Assembly: GCA_002269645.1 (NCBI GenBank)
Contig: NIVC01001510.1
Location: forward strand, 186,001 to 250,000
Direction: 5' to 3'
Length of the DNA stretch: 64,000 bases
Origin: Macrostomum lignano
Lineage: Eukaryota
This document shows positions 48,735 to 61,650 of this stretch, piece by piece (within the stretch, counting starts at the first letter, position 1; each line of letters begins with the position of its first letter). The position numbers and the translations under genes are program-made. The notes below the pieces were generated by a model that saw nothing but the letters and a program-made list of their open reading frames with translations, was not told where the DNA came from and ran no database searches.

Positions 48735-49525
48735 CCAAGGATTGTATATGACCAAATAGCGACCTCTAAGGATTGTCTATGACCCAATACGATCTCCAAG
48801 GATTGTCTATGACCCAATACAATCTCCAAGGATTGTCTATGACCCAATACGATCTCCAAGGATTGTCTATGACCCAATACGATCTCCAATGATTTTCTAT
48901 GACCCAATACGATCTCCAAGGATTGTCTATGACCCAATACGATCTCCAAGGATTGTCTATGACCAAATAGCGACCTCTAAGGATTGTCTATGACCCGATA
49001 CGATCTCCAAGGATTGTCTATGACCCAATACAATCTCCAAGGATTGTCTATGGCCCAATACGATCTCCAAGGATTGTCTATGACCCAACACGATCTCCAA
49101 GGATTGTCTATGACCCAATACGATCTCCAATGATTTTCTATGACCCAATACGATCTCCAAGGATTGTCTATGACCCAATACGATCTCCAATGATTTTCTA
49201 TGACCCAATACGATCTCCAAGGATTGTCTATGACCCAATAACGATCTCCAAGGATTGTCTATGACCCAATACGATCTCCAATGATTTTCTATGACCCAAT
49301 ACGATCTCCAAGGATTATACATGACCCAATACGATCTCCAAGGATTGTCTATGACCCAATACGATCTCCAAGGATTGTCTATGAACCAATACGATCTCCA
49401 AGGATTGTATAAGACCCAATACGATCTCCACGGATTGTATATGACTCAATAACCATCTCCACGGATTGTATATGACCCAATAACGATCTCCAATGATTGT
49501 CTATGACCCAATAGTGACCTCTAAG
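48735..49525. repeat. 30-bp minisatellite (GACCCAATACGATCTCCAAGGATTGTCTAT)
   Basis: Tandem array. Confidence 0.93.
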
Positions 49526-49814
49526 GATTGTACGAGCATACGACTCAAAAATGGCTTCCAATGATACCGTAGGATTGCTGTAACTTGGTAAGACATTTGA
49601 CTATATTACCAAGACTTACAAACTACTCTTTATAGATCTGAAGAAAATAAACATGATGGAACCATAAATGTAAGCCAAAGATGCGGATACCTAAAAATGA
49701 ATACTATATAAATATAACTGAAGCAAAATTTCCTGTAAAGTGTGAGTACAGCCTGAAATTTAAGTGCACAGTGTCTTTTTACGTCAAACCCAAGGGGGAG
49801 ACTCTGGCACAGAA

Positions 49815-52711
49815 TCAAGGTCCCACCAGCCTGTGTGCCAGTTCGGCATAGTCCAGCAAGCCCCTATCATCAACCAGGTGCTCCAGCATTCGATTAACAT
49901 CGGCTTCGTCGATTGGCTCGCCAAGGCTGGTCAGCCAGTGCCGGAGATCACCGGCGTTAATACGCCCGGTTGACTGCTTGTCGAAGACGGCCAGAGCTGC
50001 CCGCAGCCGCTTGAAGTCGCTGTCAGCGCTGGCCTCGCCGTCTTCCCCGCTGCCAAGTTCAAGACGAGCCTGTGGCGACGAGCGAATAGGAGGTGAAATT
50101 GACTTGGACCTGACTCTGCATCTATGACTCAACTGCGATTTCCTATGATATTTCATGACTCAACTGCGATTTCCAATGAAATTCCATGACTCAACTGCGA
50201 TTTACGATGATATTCTATGACTCAACTGCGATTTCCGATGAAATTCTATGACTCAACTGCGATTTCCGATGATATTCTATGACTCAACTGCGATTTCCGA
50301 TGAAATTCTATGACTCAACTGCGATTTCCGATGAAATTCTATGACTCAACTGCGATTTCCGATGAAATTCTATGACTCAACTGCGATTTCCTATGATATT
50401 CTATGACTCAACTGCGATTTCCGCTGAAATTCTATGACTCAACTGCGATTTCCGATGAAATTCTATGACTCAACTGCGATTCCCAATGATATTCCATGAC
50501 TCAACTGCGATTTCCAATGATATTCTATGACTCAACTGCGATTTCCGATGATATTCTATGACTCAACTGCGATTTCCGATGAAATTCTATGACTCAACTG
50601 CGATTTCCGATGAAATTCTATGACTCAACTGCGATTTCCGATGATATTCTATGACTCAACTGCGATTTCCGATGAAATTCTATGACTCAACTGCGATTTC
50701 CGATGAAATTCTATGACTCAACTGCGATTTCCGATGAAATTCTATGACTCAACTGCGATTTCCGATGAAATTCTATGACTCAACTGCGATTCCCAATGAT
50801 ATTCCATGACTCAACTGCGATTTCCAATGATATTCTATGACTCAACTGCGATTTCCGATGATATTCTATGACTCAACTGCGATTTCCGATGAAATTCTAT
50901 GACTCAACTGCGATTTCCGATGAAATTCTATGACTCAACTGCGATTTCCGATGATATTCTATGACTCAACTGCGATTTCCGATGAAATTCTATGACTCAA
51001 CTGCGATTTCCGATTAAATTCTATGACTCAACTGCGATTTCCGATGAAATTCTATGACTCAACTGCGATTTCCTATGATATTCTATGACTCAACTGCGAT
51101 TTACAATGATATTCTATGACTCAACTGCGATTTCCTATGAGATTTCATGACTCAACTCACAACTGCAATTTACAATGATATTCTGACTCAACTGCGATTT
51201 CCGATGAAATTCTATGACTCAACTGCGATTTCCTATGATGTTTCATGACTCAACTGCGATTCCCAATGATATTCCATGACTCAACTGCGATTTCCTATGA
51301 AACTCTGACTCAACTGACTCTAAGGCGACGTAAGCTTCATTAATTTTAGTGGCATAAATAGTAAGTGTGGATGAGCATATTAGACACTAATTAGCCTTCT
51401 TGAGCTATTAGAAAGTTAAGCACTAGTACGAGACTCTTGGGCGGCTCTTTCTCAACGCTTTTACGATTCTACAACACACGTGACTCGCTCATTACTCAAA
51501 AGTCGCCTCACCGTCGTATTAGAGCCGTTTGAGTCGTTAAAAAGTCACAAGAGTCACCCAGAGTCGCTACAGAGTTTTTACTAACGGCGTTTTCAACTGG
51601 CAGGTTACCTTGGCCGCCAGCGCTACGAAGGCATCGGCGCCGATCCGGCCAGTGCCGCCGGGGTCGGCCTCGGCGCGGTACTGCGCCACCTCCGCCTCCG
51701 TCACGACGAAGCCTGCCAGCCGGAGCGCGTCGCCCAGCTGCCCGACGGCAAGGCCGACGCCGCGGCGACGCGAAACAGTGCGAAAAGCCGACATCCAGGC
51801 TTCTCGAGTTGCGGCGTCAACGTTGGGTGGCTTCGGTGTCTCCCTCGCGTCGTCAACATCGTCGGCGCTGCTTGCTGCTTCTGGATTGTTTTGGGAAGCG
51901 ATGTAGGGAAAAATTAGTTTGTCCTCGTTTAATTTTAACTTATGAAGTCGCGAGAAGGAAGTATATGAAATACAGGAACCGAAAATGCGGGATTGTCTTG
52001 CTGAACCGCACTTGAAATAATTTCTTTGTGTCACGTCCAATGACTTACTGGTGCTTATTGTACGCTCTTATACGGAGTTTATTTCAAGGTTCAATGTTGC
52101 TTCAAAGGTGCATTATAGGAGTTTTTGCTCAAATTGTAGTTTGTCATCCAATTTGACAATTCCCATTCAGCAGGCAGCAGATTTAGTTTTGCCCATAGAC
52201 ATAAACAAAGACAGAAAAAGGCAAGCTTAAGGAAGGCGATTTTAAGCATGATACTTAACTGATTGAGCTTAAAAAATGAAAAACAGTTTTGAAAACTGGG
52301 AGATTTCAAGTCTATGAGAGAGGTTGCTGCTGGCATTCTTATTTGTGCTGATGTCTATGGCCGAATCATCAACTTGCTTGCCTGTTTTCCGTCTATGTCT
52401 ATGGGCAAGACCAAATCTACATGTACTTGCCAAATGGGAATTAACAACTTGGAATTGGCTAAACTACCAACTTGGCTGAAAAAAGCAATACATGTACTGA
52501 TCAATTAGTGCAAAAAGTTCTCTACTTGAACTTCTCTACTTTCAAAAATTGCCTATGACCCAATTACAAGGGTAATAAACTTCTAGGTGGTCCTTGAAAC
52601 GTACCTGTCTGGTTAAAACAGCCCCAAGACTCTCTTACCAAGCTCGTCAGATTCAGCGGAATTCTGGAATTTTCCCAGCGCAGTCTCCACACCGTGCTCT
52701 TGAACTGCCAT
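49815..52711 (-). CDS. Calmodulin/myosin-light-chain-like EF-hand protein; exons 52711-52639, 51880-51609, 50069-49815 (199 aa)
   Basis: LGDALRLAGFVVTEAEV, ADPGGTGRIGADAF, AVFDKQSTGRINAGDLRHWLTSLGEPIDEADVNRM, GLLDYAE. Splice phases are consistent; exon 1 is less certain. Confidence 0.82.
50120..51315. repeat. 31-bp satellite (ATGACTCAACTGCGATTTCCGATGAAATTCT) in intron 2 of the EF-hand gene
   Basis: About 38 units. Confidence 0.95.
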
Positions 52712-55170
52712 TAGAATTGGCAACTTTGGTTACTCAAATAATTTCGTTTTTCTATTGAAATTACCATACAATCTCGTCGAAATTGCGCCTAATATGCTGA
52801 AGATCATTAAACATGTGCTCACGATTGAGACAGGCAAATTTTCAAAAAAACTGGAATGAGCTATTTTTCTTTCACTTGGACGTTGCCAAGCATGCGTGAG
52901 CATACAACGTTTGATAGCTGGCTGTTCGTATCGCGCATGCTTGCATGTGTGCTCACAATTTGAGATCTCTTATCAAGTTCAGGCGTTATTCATAAGTAGC
53001 TCGTATGGTTAAAATTATTATTAAAATTATAGCTTGCATGTAGGTAGGTATAGTGAGCCCCAAACAGCCATGCAGAAATAGCGGTTCAATAGATAGACTT
53101 TTTCTATGATTTTTGTGTGAATTATTTTCTATAAGTTTCTGGGAAAAGTTTTTATTGTCTTACCGGAAAAAAAGTATTGCTGCTGTTCAGAACTTTGCTG
53201 CTAAAATTGCAAATGTACATGTACAGTCACCCCTCCGGAACTTTGATGGCTAATAATATGATAATTTTAGTAACTCGGATGAGGTTCAGATGTTTTTGAA
53301 GAACAAAGGCAAAAGGTCAAAAAGGTTATATCTTTTTTTTGATGGCTTAAGTAGTTTAGTCTCCTTTAAATGAAAATAATATTTATGCTTCAATACAGTG
53401 CAATTTGCAAGCACATACACCTTTACGCACACATCTTTTAGAGTTGTCATATTCATAATTTTTTCAATATTTTTATCTATCGCAGATAGCTACATGTAAT
53501 TATGTTAAAATCCCAGTACTTTTAAAGGTTGCGGCCAGAACCAAAAGTATCACTTTATGTGTAACAGCTATTGCCATCGAATAGAGCACGTACGCGTACG
53601 TGGGTATTCATGTAGTATATGTACATGTACAAGTACATGTACATTGGCAATATCACCGTTATGATATTTAACTTAAGAGAGAATTGAGACCCCTATTTAT
53701 ATAAGCTGAATTACGTTATTGAATTTTTTCTCTAGATTATATAAAGACTGCTGTTTGCTTAACTATTTTTAGCAAGATGTGAGAAGATAAATTATATCAG
53801 GCTATTTTGAAAACGTTGGTACAATGGAGCGGCTTTGTGGAAGCCTAATGTTTTGATACATGAATTAAACCAGATTCAATTCGACATCTTGTGACGAATT
53901 GTTCTGTAAAAAGATTTTTTTGAATTTTAACCGCCGATCTATGTTATTTATTGACGATTGTTGATCACTGAAGCAATTTCATTTTAAAGTCGGTCCATCA
54001 ATTATTGTAACGGCGTTCACATTTCCAAACCGAAAGCTACAAGCATTCAAACAAATATTCTTAAGAGAGTTTCAGAGATAAAATATAAAAAAAATAAAGC
54101 ATTTGAGATTAGCTGTATTGATAAAATTTAATTCAAAATTTGTGGTTCTTACCTGAAATTTTATACTAATATTGTAGTAACTACTTACGCCGTCTATGAC
54201 ATGACTTCAATGTTGGGAATTCTAGTTATTATTACTCCAAAAACACTCTTCACTTCGTCTGAAGATTCAACAGCATGCAGATGCAGATGCGAATATTTTT
54301 ACGATCCAATTTCAAAGAATATACAATGCGATACTATCTTTGTTTCTATTTATTATTCAATCTGTATGTATAGCTTTTACAGTTTGTTTGTGTGCCTTGG
54401 GGTTAACTGATTAATTTTTTTAAGTTTTGATGAGCTACAGCTGGCCAGGTATGTGATATTGATACCTATAGAAGCAGTAAGATTTCAATTGGATTTTATA
54501 GTTCTGAAAGTTTGAAAAAGATTACTCCAAATCATTCAAATATTAGATTTTTTAATTTTGAAGACTAATTTGCTTTACTTTCTCAGCTCGTAGTAGTAAT
54601 TTGCTCTGCTGGATGCATCCTCATTCCTTAAAAATGATTGTGAATGTGACTATAGAGTTTATCTATTAGCATCAGAAATGTTGCATTTATAACAAGCCAT
54701 ATTAAAAGTCCGAAATGTTTTTAATAGCAAACTACTAAGTTGTGTGATATTTTACTTTGTTTTTACGCTCGTATATCAAAATGAACTACTTAATACTGTA
54801 TGTAATTTATATTATTGTTACACGTTCTATAAGTCTAGGCTGATATTAAAGTTAGGGCTTAGCTGCTAAATTCAAATTCTCATGACCTTTAAAGTAAAAG
54901 TAAAAAACTCTTAGCTCAAATCACTAAGATTAAAAATGAGCTAGAACCAATAGTAGTGCCTTTCTTAACACAACTGCAAATAGCAACTTTGGCTGAAATA
55001 ATATTACTAAAAATGAGATTTTTTACCAATCTCCTATTTTTCACCTGAGTAGGTTATGCCTATTTTTATTTAACTCTTAAAACCGCTACTTCAAATAATA
55101 GCTTAAGTTCCATGGTTTACAATGGCTAGTATTGCTTTAATTTTGCTTTTGCTCAACATACACTGCAGAG

Positions 55171-56199
55171 ATGCAGCAGCGACCAGCTTCGCCAAACGCC
55201 GGCGACGGCGCAGACAGCCGCAGGCGAATCCAGCAGCTGGAACACGAAGCCGCCGAGCTGCGCACTCAACTGGCCACAGTGGTGGCGCTGGTCCGCGCCG
55301 CCTGGGCCGGCAGCCAGGAGGCCACCGACCAGCTGGCTGACGCCGTCAACTGGACTGGCGAAGTGGCGGTGGAAGACTTGGAGCCGTCGGCATCGACGTT
55401 GCTGCTCTCTCACGAGCAGAAAGAAGCCCTCCGCCGTCGCGTGTCTCAGCTGGAAGACCTGCTCAGCCAGGAGGAGCTCCGAGCCGCCTGGGACACCCAG
55501 AAGCGCCGAGTCTCATTTCGACCGACGTCCGGCAATGCCAGCCACTTTGGCGGCGGCAGCGGTGGTACCGGGGCTTCAGCAACGGGGATTCGAGTCCGCG
55601 ACCTCGTCTTGCCAGCTTCGGGCGCGCCAGTTGCCCGCGTATCACCGCGGATGCCGGCACCGGCACCACCGCCGCAGCCTCCAGACGACCTGTTCGACCC
55701 GCAGAGCCTGATGGCCCGCGCCAACGCCCGCGTCCAGTCGGCCGCTTGCCCGCCGCCTCCGCGTCCGAATTCGTCAATCGGCGGCGGGCGGCAACGGCCC
55801 CGCACTGGCGGCCCGGCTGAGCAGCGGCGACGTCAGCAGTCCTCGTCGTCGTCTTCGTCAATACCGCCGACGCCGATTCCGTCGGGGCCCGCCGGCGTCT
55901 CCGTGATCGGCGAGCGGCCGTTGAAGTTCGAGCGCGGCGGCGGGTCGGCGGTGGAGAGCGGCGGCTTCTCAGTCAGGAATCAGCAGCAGCCACAGCAGCA
56001 GCGCCTGGCCTCCGGGCGTCTCGTCCCATCTGGCAGACGGCGCGGTCAGCAGCAGCAGGCGCAGCAGCAGCAGGCGGACCGACTGGCAGCGGAGGTGTCG
56101 GCCGCGGAGCAGCGCGGTGGCCAACTGGAGTCGGAGTTCGACCGGGTGATGTTAGACCTGCAGCGCAAGCTCGGCCTGGACTCTCACGGCCTGGTATGA
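55171..56199 (+). CDS. Uncharacterised coiled-coil/low-complexity protein (342 aa; may be a terminal exon starting at 55169)
   Basis: GC-rich 1-kb ORF in AT-rich surroundings, with heptad segments at both ends and a polypyrimidine-CAG acceptor just upstream. Confidence 0.65.
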   Translation: MQQRPASPNAGDGADSRRRIQQLEHEAAELRTQLATVVALVRAAWAGSQEATDQLADAVNWTGEVAVEDLEPSASTLLLSHEQKEALRRRVSQLEDLLSQEELRAAWDTQKRRVSFRPTSGNASHFGGGSGGTGASATGIRVRDLVLPASGAPVARVSPRMPAPAPPPQPPDDLFDPQSLMARANARVQSAACPPPPRPNSSIGGGRQRPRTGGPAEQRRRQQSSSSSSSIPPTPIPSGPAGVSVIGERPLKFERGGGSAVESGGFSVRNQQQPQQQRLASGRLVPSGRRRGQQQQAQQQQADRLAAEVSAAEQRGGQLESEFDRVMLDLQRKLGLDSHGLV

Positions 56200-56384
56200 G
56201 GGGGGCTCAGGGCTGACTGCCTCTCCGATGGCGGTTTGACAGCTGCCTGCATCATCTTGTCCACCTCACCGGATGCGTTGTTTGCTGGAAGAAGAGCTTC
56301 ACGAGTCCAAAAAATTCACAAGGCCTAAACTTTGCAGCCTCTGATTTTTTCACGATTTTAAGAATCCAACTGGGCAAAGTTGGT

Positions 56385-56905
56385 GCTTTGAAGGTTGAGG
56401 TTTGTGAAGATTGAGGTTTGTGAAGGTTCAGATTTGTGAAGGTTGAGGTTTGTGAAGGTTGAGGTTTGTGAAGGTTGAGGTTTGTGAAGGTTGAGGTTTG
56501 TGAAGGTTGAGGTTTGTGAAGGTTGAGGTTTGTGAAGGTTGAGGTTTGTGAAGGTTGAGATTTGTGAAGGTTGAGGTTTGTGACGGTTGAGGTTTGTGAA
56601 GGTTGAGGTTTGTGAAGGTTGAAGTTTGTGAAGGTTGAGGTTTGTGAAGGTTGAGGTTTGTGAAGGTTGAGGTTTGTGAAGGTTGAGGTTTGTGAAGGTT
56701 GAGGTTTGTGAAGGTTGAGATTTGTGAAGGTTGAGGTTTGTGACGGTTGAGGTTTGTGAAGGTTGAGATTTGTGAAGGTTGAGATTTGTGAAGGTTGAGG
56801 TTTATGAAGGTTGAGGTTTGTGAAGGTTGAGGTTTGTGAAGGTTGAAGTTTGTGAAGGTTGAGGTTTGTGAAGGTTGAGGTTTGTGAAGGTTGAGGTTTA
56901 TGAAA
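56385..56905. repeat. 16-bp satellite (TTGTGAAGGTTGAGGT)
   Basis: Tandem array. Confidence 0.95.
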
Positions 56906-57454
56906 GGCCATGTTCTCGGGCTTTTGGCCCAGATTTGGCAGAGCCTCGTTGCAATTTGTTGAATTTAACTCGAGAAAAGCTACACCCTAATGAAATCTCC
57001 GTTTTCCCAATCAAATTTATTTGTTGCTTTGGTTTTGACAGTTATTTTGATAGCTAGTTTCCTGTAAAGCACTTGGATCACCGAATTCATTTTTTTGGTT
57101 TTCAGTCCTTTTCAAGAGAAGAAATAATACACTGATTACGCTTGATGCTTTGTATGTACAAGCCTATGTCAATCGCTTTTATGTCCTTGATATTACACAC
57201 TGTATATTGCTTGCTTAGTACGAAAGCTTCATTGAATTTGTATTTAAATTCAACGCGGGTGATTTCCACTACTTACTTGCAATCTCTTACTGTAAGTAGT
57301 ACATATAGTGACTGAATAATATTTTCAGGCTAAGCACATCGCATCCACGCTCAGAGCGTAGCCAAAATTTTCTATTTGGGGAAGGGTTGTCTGTACGCAA
57401 ACCTAATCTTCTTTCACTGGGCACCAATTGAGTTGAGAGTTGAGTACTCGTATG

Positions 57455-57627
57455 CGCCAGCACCAGAGGCGCCAGCACCAGAGGCGCCAGCACCAGAGGC
57501 GCCAGCACCAGAGGCGCCAGCACCAGAGGCGCCAGCACCAGAGGCGCCAGCACCAGAGGCGCCAGCACCAGAGGCGCCAGCACCAGAGGCGCCAGCACCA
57601 GAGGCGCCAGCACCAGAGGCGCCAGCA
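57455..57627. repeat. 15-bp tandem repeat (GCGCCAGCACCAGAG)
   Basis: About 11 near-perfect units; open in several frames, so no coding evidence. Confidence 0.95.
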
Positions 57628-60139
57628 CAATTTTTGTGCTTGTTTAAAAAAACGAACTTCTGAGCAGTTCTGAGCAATGCTCGATCAAAGCGTAGAAGCT
57701 TTTTGCCCGCGGTCGTAGGCTCGATTCTCAGCAGGCAAATGTGGATGAAACTAAAGTAATTTTTTAGCGAAAGACTGATAAAGAGGCCATTTTTGGTTAA
57801 ATTTTATATGGTTGCACACAGAGCCAGTGGGGTCAGTGCTCATCGATCATCTGCCCACAGTTTCTCAGGCATCAGATGCTTTTTGTAAGTGTATCGGATT
57901 ATCAACTTTGCATGGGAGACTGGCTTACAGAATTGAGAGACATGGATGGTTAAAGACACAATTGGCTCAATTCACTCAATTATTGATTGAAACATTTTTG
58001 ACTCAAAGCGAATTCTTGACTTTTGTAACGAAATTTTTTGAATCCCAGCCCGCACGGGGCAGATTGGCCGGTTCGATTGTTGCCGACCAAATGCCGGCGA
58101 AATTCGATTTCTAAAAAAATCTCTTTTGAACGGCGGTTCCTATCTGCGAGTTTTCCTATGAGCTATCAAGTTTCGATCGATCCAGATTGAGATTGAATAA
58201 CAATCGGTGATTTGGAGTTCTCAGCTCTCAAATAGCTACTCAGTTGACGAGTCTCCTGGCAACCGCCCCCCTCCCCCGAGGCTCCTTTTCGAATCTTTCC
58301 GGAAGCGCTCGATTCCGCTTTCTCCAATTTTTTTGCAGACGAAGCTGAAGCTTCTTCGTGCCCTGTCTTCCCCCCTCCCCGCCGCGGGGCCCGAGCGGAC
58401 TGATTGCCTTGACGGTGCGAAATCAGAAAGTCTTTCCCAGTGTGTGTGCCCTCCTCTGTTGGTCTCTGCATAATTGCCCGACAACCAGTGATGATACACT
58501 GCTGTGGGCTGGAGGGGGGGAGCAAAGCTTGTAGGAATGAGGAAATGGAAAATGAATGAGCAGCTCCCTTGCGGCTTCGGAGCAAACCGGAAGGCGAGGC
58601 TCGCTCAGAGTCGGCGTCTCGGCTCTTATTAGCTCGGAGGGAGCCGGCAGGGGGCCGCGGGCAAAGGCGGTTGCTGAGAGGCGGCTCCTGTTTGGGCAAA
58701 ACTCGCAGGGGCCGTGCTCCGAGGGGACGAACCGTTTTTCTATTGCGCTTTAAAAAGCTGGTTGAATCTTTCGCAAAGTTTTGCTAAAGAGAGAATGACA
58801 AAAAGGGAAAGCTGCCCAGAGGGTTCGAGAGCTGCTTTGAGCCGCAGGGGCGCCCGCCCGCTGAGCAGGAGAAGATGAGGCACGGGACGGGGGATTCTCT
58901 GAGCTCCAACGGCTGAGGAATCGTGACTGGTCATTGTTGGACACAGGCAATTAAGGGTCTCCTCTGTGCTTTGATGTCTAACGGAGGCCAGAAACTGAGC
59001 TGCCCCCCCCCCCGGTAAATTGGGACGCCTTGGAGACTCGAAAAGCCGGAAGAAGTCGCGATTTGAAATGACCAGAGGAAAAAGCCAAGTTAAAAAGAAG
59101 AGTCTGGTCAGCACAGGCAGAGAAACAGGATCCGCCAGTTGTTTAATTGTTTTCCAATTACGCTGGAAACTCTTTGTAACAAAGAGCGGCAGCGGCTCCG
59201 GACGGCCGGCCGGCCGAGTGGACGGCAAGTCACGTCCGAGCGGGCGGCTCAAAGGGCCAGTTGGTCGTTTTTTTGCCACACGGGCTTCGTTTGGGGGAGT
59301 TGGAGACGCCGGACACGCAACTGAGCTCGGATCAAACAGAGTTCAGTCAGGCCCTTCAGTCTGACTTTATCCTGGCTTTCTTTGGGGGGGGGGGTGGATG
59401 GTTGAGATCTAAGTTTTTCCTCATCGGTAAGCATTGTTCCCCTCTGTGTTCGAATGTTATCTTTAAGCCCTTGTCGAGATTCCAGTCCGCGTTGAGCAGC
59501 TTCTCAGCCACGTTGGATTTTTCAAGTTTTTTTTCATCAGACTCAATTTATGGCATAAATCATGGCGAATGAGGCATATTTGGATAACAATACGAGTATA
59601 TGGCTTTTGTAGATTAGAACTGAGTCAAGTGTTCTCAAATACAATGGCGGCCTCGATGCCTTAGGCCAGATTATGGTGAAAAATCCACTTGAGAAATAAG
59701 GAGATGCCAATAACGAAGTGACTCGCGCCTCTTATGCTGGAATTGTCATCTATAGTTGCACACAATGCCTCCCAGATCATTGGCTGGCTTTGACTTGTCG
59801 ATAACATCAAAAACTATTTAGTGCACTTTCAAGACTTTTTGAAAATCTTCGAAATTGGAAATGTCAGACTGTTTCGAACCGTCAACGTGTCTAATAGGGA
59901 ATAATACACAGTCCTTCCTTCCCTCGGAATCCCACACATTGCCATCAAAGTTGGCGTGTTGGCGAAGTTGCTCTGAGATCCCAACGGGGATCTCCCTCCG
60001 CGCTGCGCTCTCTCGCGGTCGACTGTATCTCCGCAGAGCATCGCGCCGCTCAGCGGGAATCTTCGAGACCCAGGGACACCTTGAACCTGACTCCTGGAGT
60101 GCCAATCCTTCCCCAACTCTCTCATTCACCGCATCTCAA

Positions 60140-60390
60140 CCAAGAGTTGGTGAAGAGTTGATGGTGAAGAATTGATAAAGAGTCAGTGAAGATCTGATAA
60201 ACAGTTGGTGAAGAGTTGATGAAGAGTTGGTGAAGAGTTGATAGAGTCGGTGAAGAGTTGATAGAGTCGATGAGATGTTGATAGAGTTGGTGAAGAGTTG
60301 ATGAAGATTGGTGAAGATTTGGTGAAGATTTGGTGTAGATTTGGTGAAGATTTGGTGCAGATTTGGTGAAGATTTGGTGAAGATTTGGTG
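60140..60390. repeat. 11-bp degenerate repeat (TTGGTGAAGAT)
   Basis: Tandem degenerate units. Confidence 0.8.
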
Positions 60391-61254
60391 AAAAGTGGGC
60401 ACTCCTGGTTCTGATTTAAGAAGTCCTTGGCCCAGCTTTAGCCACCCATAGCTAACGAGGGACCATGCAGATTGAAGGTCGGGGGCGGGGCCAAACACCG
60501 GACTGTATGGGACGGGGCCCCGCAAAACAAACAGCGACTGCTGCTGCTGCTGCGGCCCGGGTATCTGCGGTGGAAATCTGCAATTGGCCCCTCTATGGCC
60601 GGGAGTCCCCGCGGGGGCCATTGGGGCCGCGGGTCCCCCAGCCCCACCCGGGATTGATAGAGCAAGCGAGAGAGGGAACAACAAGGCAATTATCCCATTT
60701 TAGCCAACTCGCTCCAACCCTCCACTCCCCTCCCCAAGCGGCCGGCAGTCAGTGGTCAAGTGCGACTGTTCCTCCCGATTCCCATTCCAAGAAACACTCC
60801 AGGTCCCCTTGGGATGGGTTCGGTGGCAGCGAGGATCTCCGGTCAGATAAATGGTGCAGGCCCGCGCCGTCCAGAGGACCACCTGCGGAGACTGGGGAGC
60901 AGAGGCGCAGATTGGGGATAAAATAGAGTCAAGTGCGCGTGCGTGGCACAGCGGGGACACGGGGGGCGGCTGCAGCCAATGTTGGCCAAAACAAGATTAG
61001 TGCCTCCCAATGTCCCAGATCTCTGTCTTGGTCAATAAAGACTGTCGCACAAAGACTTTTCGAAGGGAAACAGTCGCATTTCTGTGCCTGTTGGCCACTT
61101 TGTTAAGCTTTTCAAAAATCTTTTGATTCAGCCAGACGCAGCAGGGGCGCCGTCTGTAAATTTTAGCTTTGACATCGCTGTGTTTGAATGGGACTTCGAA
61201 GGCTTCCATTTTTGTCCATGTCAGGCAACCCCACTTCTTCATAAGTCTCTCTCC

Positions 61255-61650
61255 CTCTGCATTCAGCCTGACTCTCACACTAGACTCCATATTCAGCCTG
61301 ACTCTCACACTATGCTCCATATTCAGCCTGACTCTCAAATATGCTCCATATTCAGCCTGACTCTCAAATATGCTCCATATTCAGCCTGACTCTCAAATAT
61401 GCTCCATATTCAGCCTGACTCTCACACTAGACTCCATATTCAGCCTGACTCTCACACTATGCTCCATATTCAGCCTGACTCTCACTATGCTCCATATTCA
61501 GCCTGACTCTCACACTATACTCCATATTCAGCCTGACTCTCACACTATGCTCCATATTCAGCCTGACTCTCACACTATGCTCCATATTCAGCCTGACTCT
61601 CACACTAGACTCCATATTCAGCCTGACTCTCACACTAGACTCCATATTCA
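61255..61650. repeat. 29-30-bp minisatellite (ATTCAGCCTGACTCTCACACTATGCTCCAT)
   Basis: Tandem array. Confidence 0.92.

Noticed and set aside
53587-53644. Short perfect palindromes (CACGTACGCGTACGTG; ATGTACATGTAC-AA-GTACATGTACAT)
   Set aside because: Built from self-complementary 4-6-mers with no associated feature; likely slippage products.
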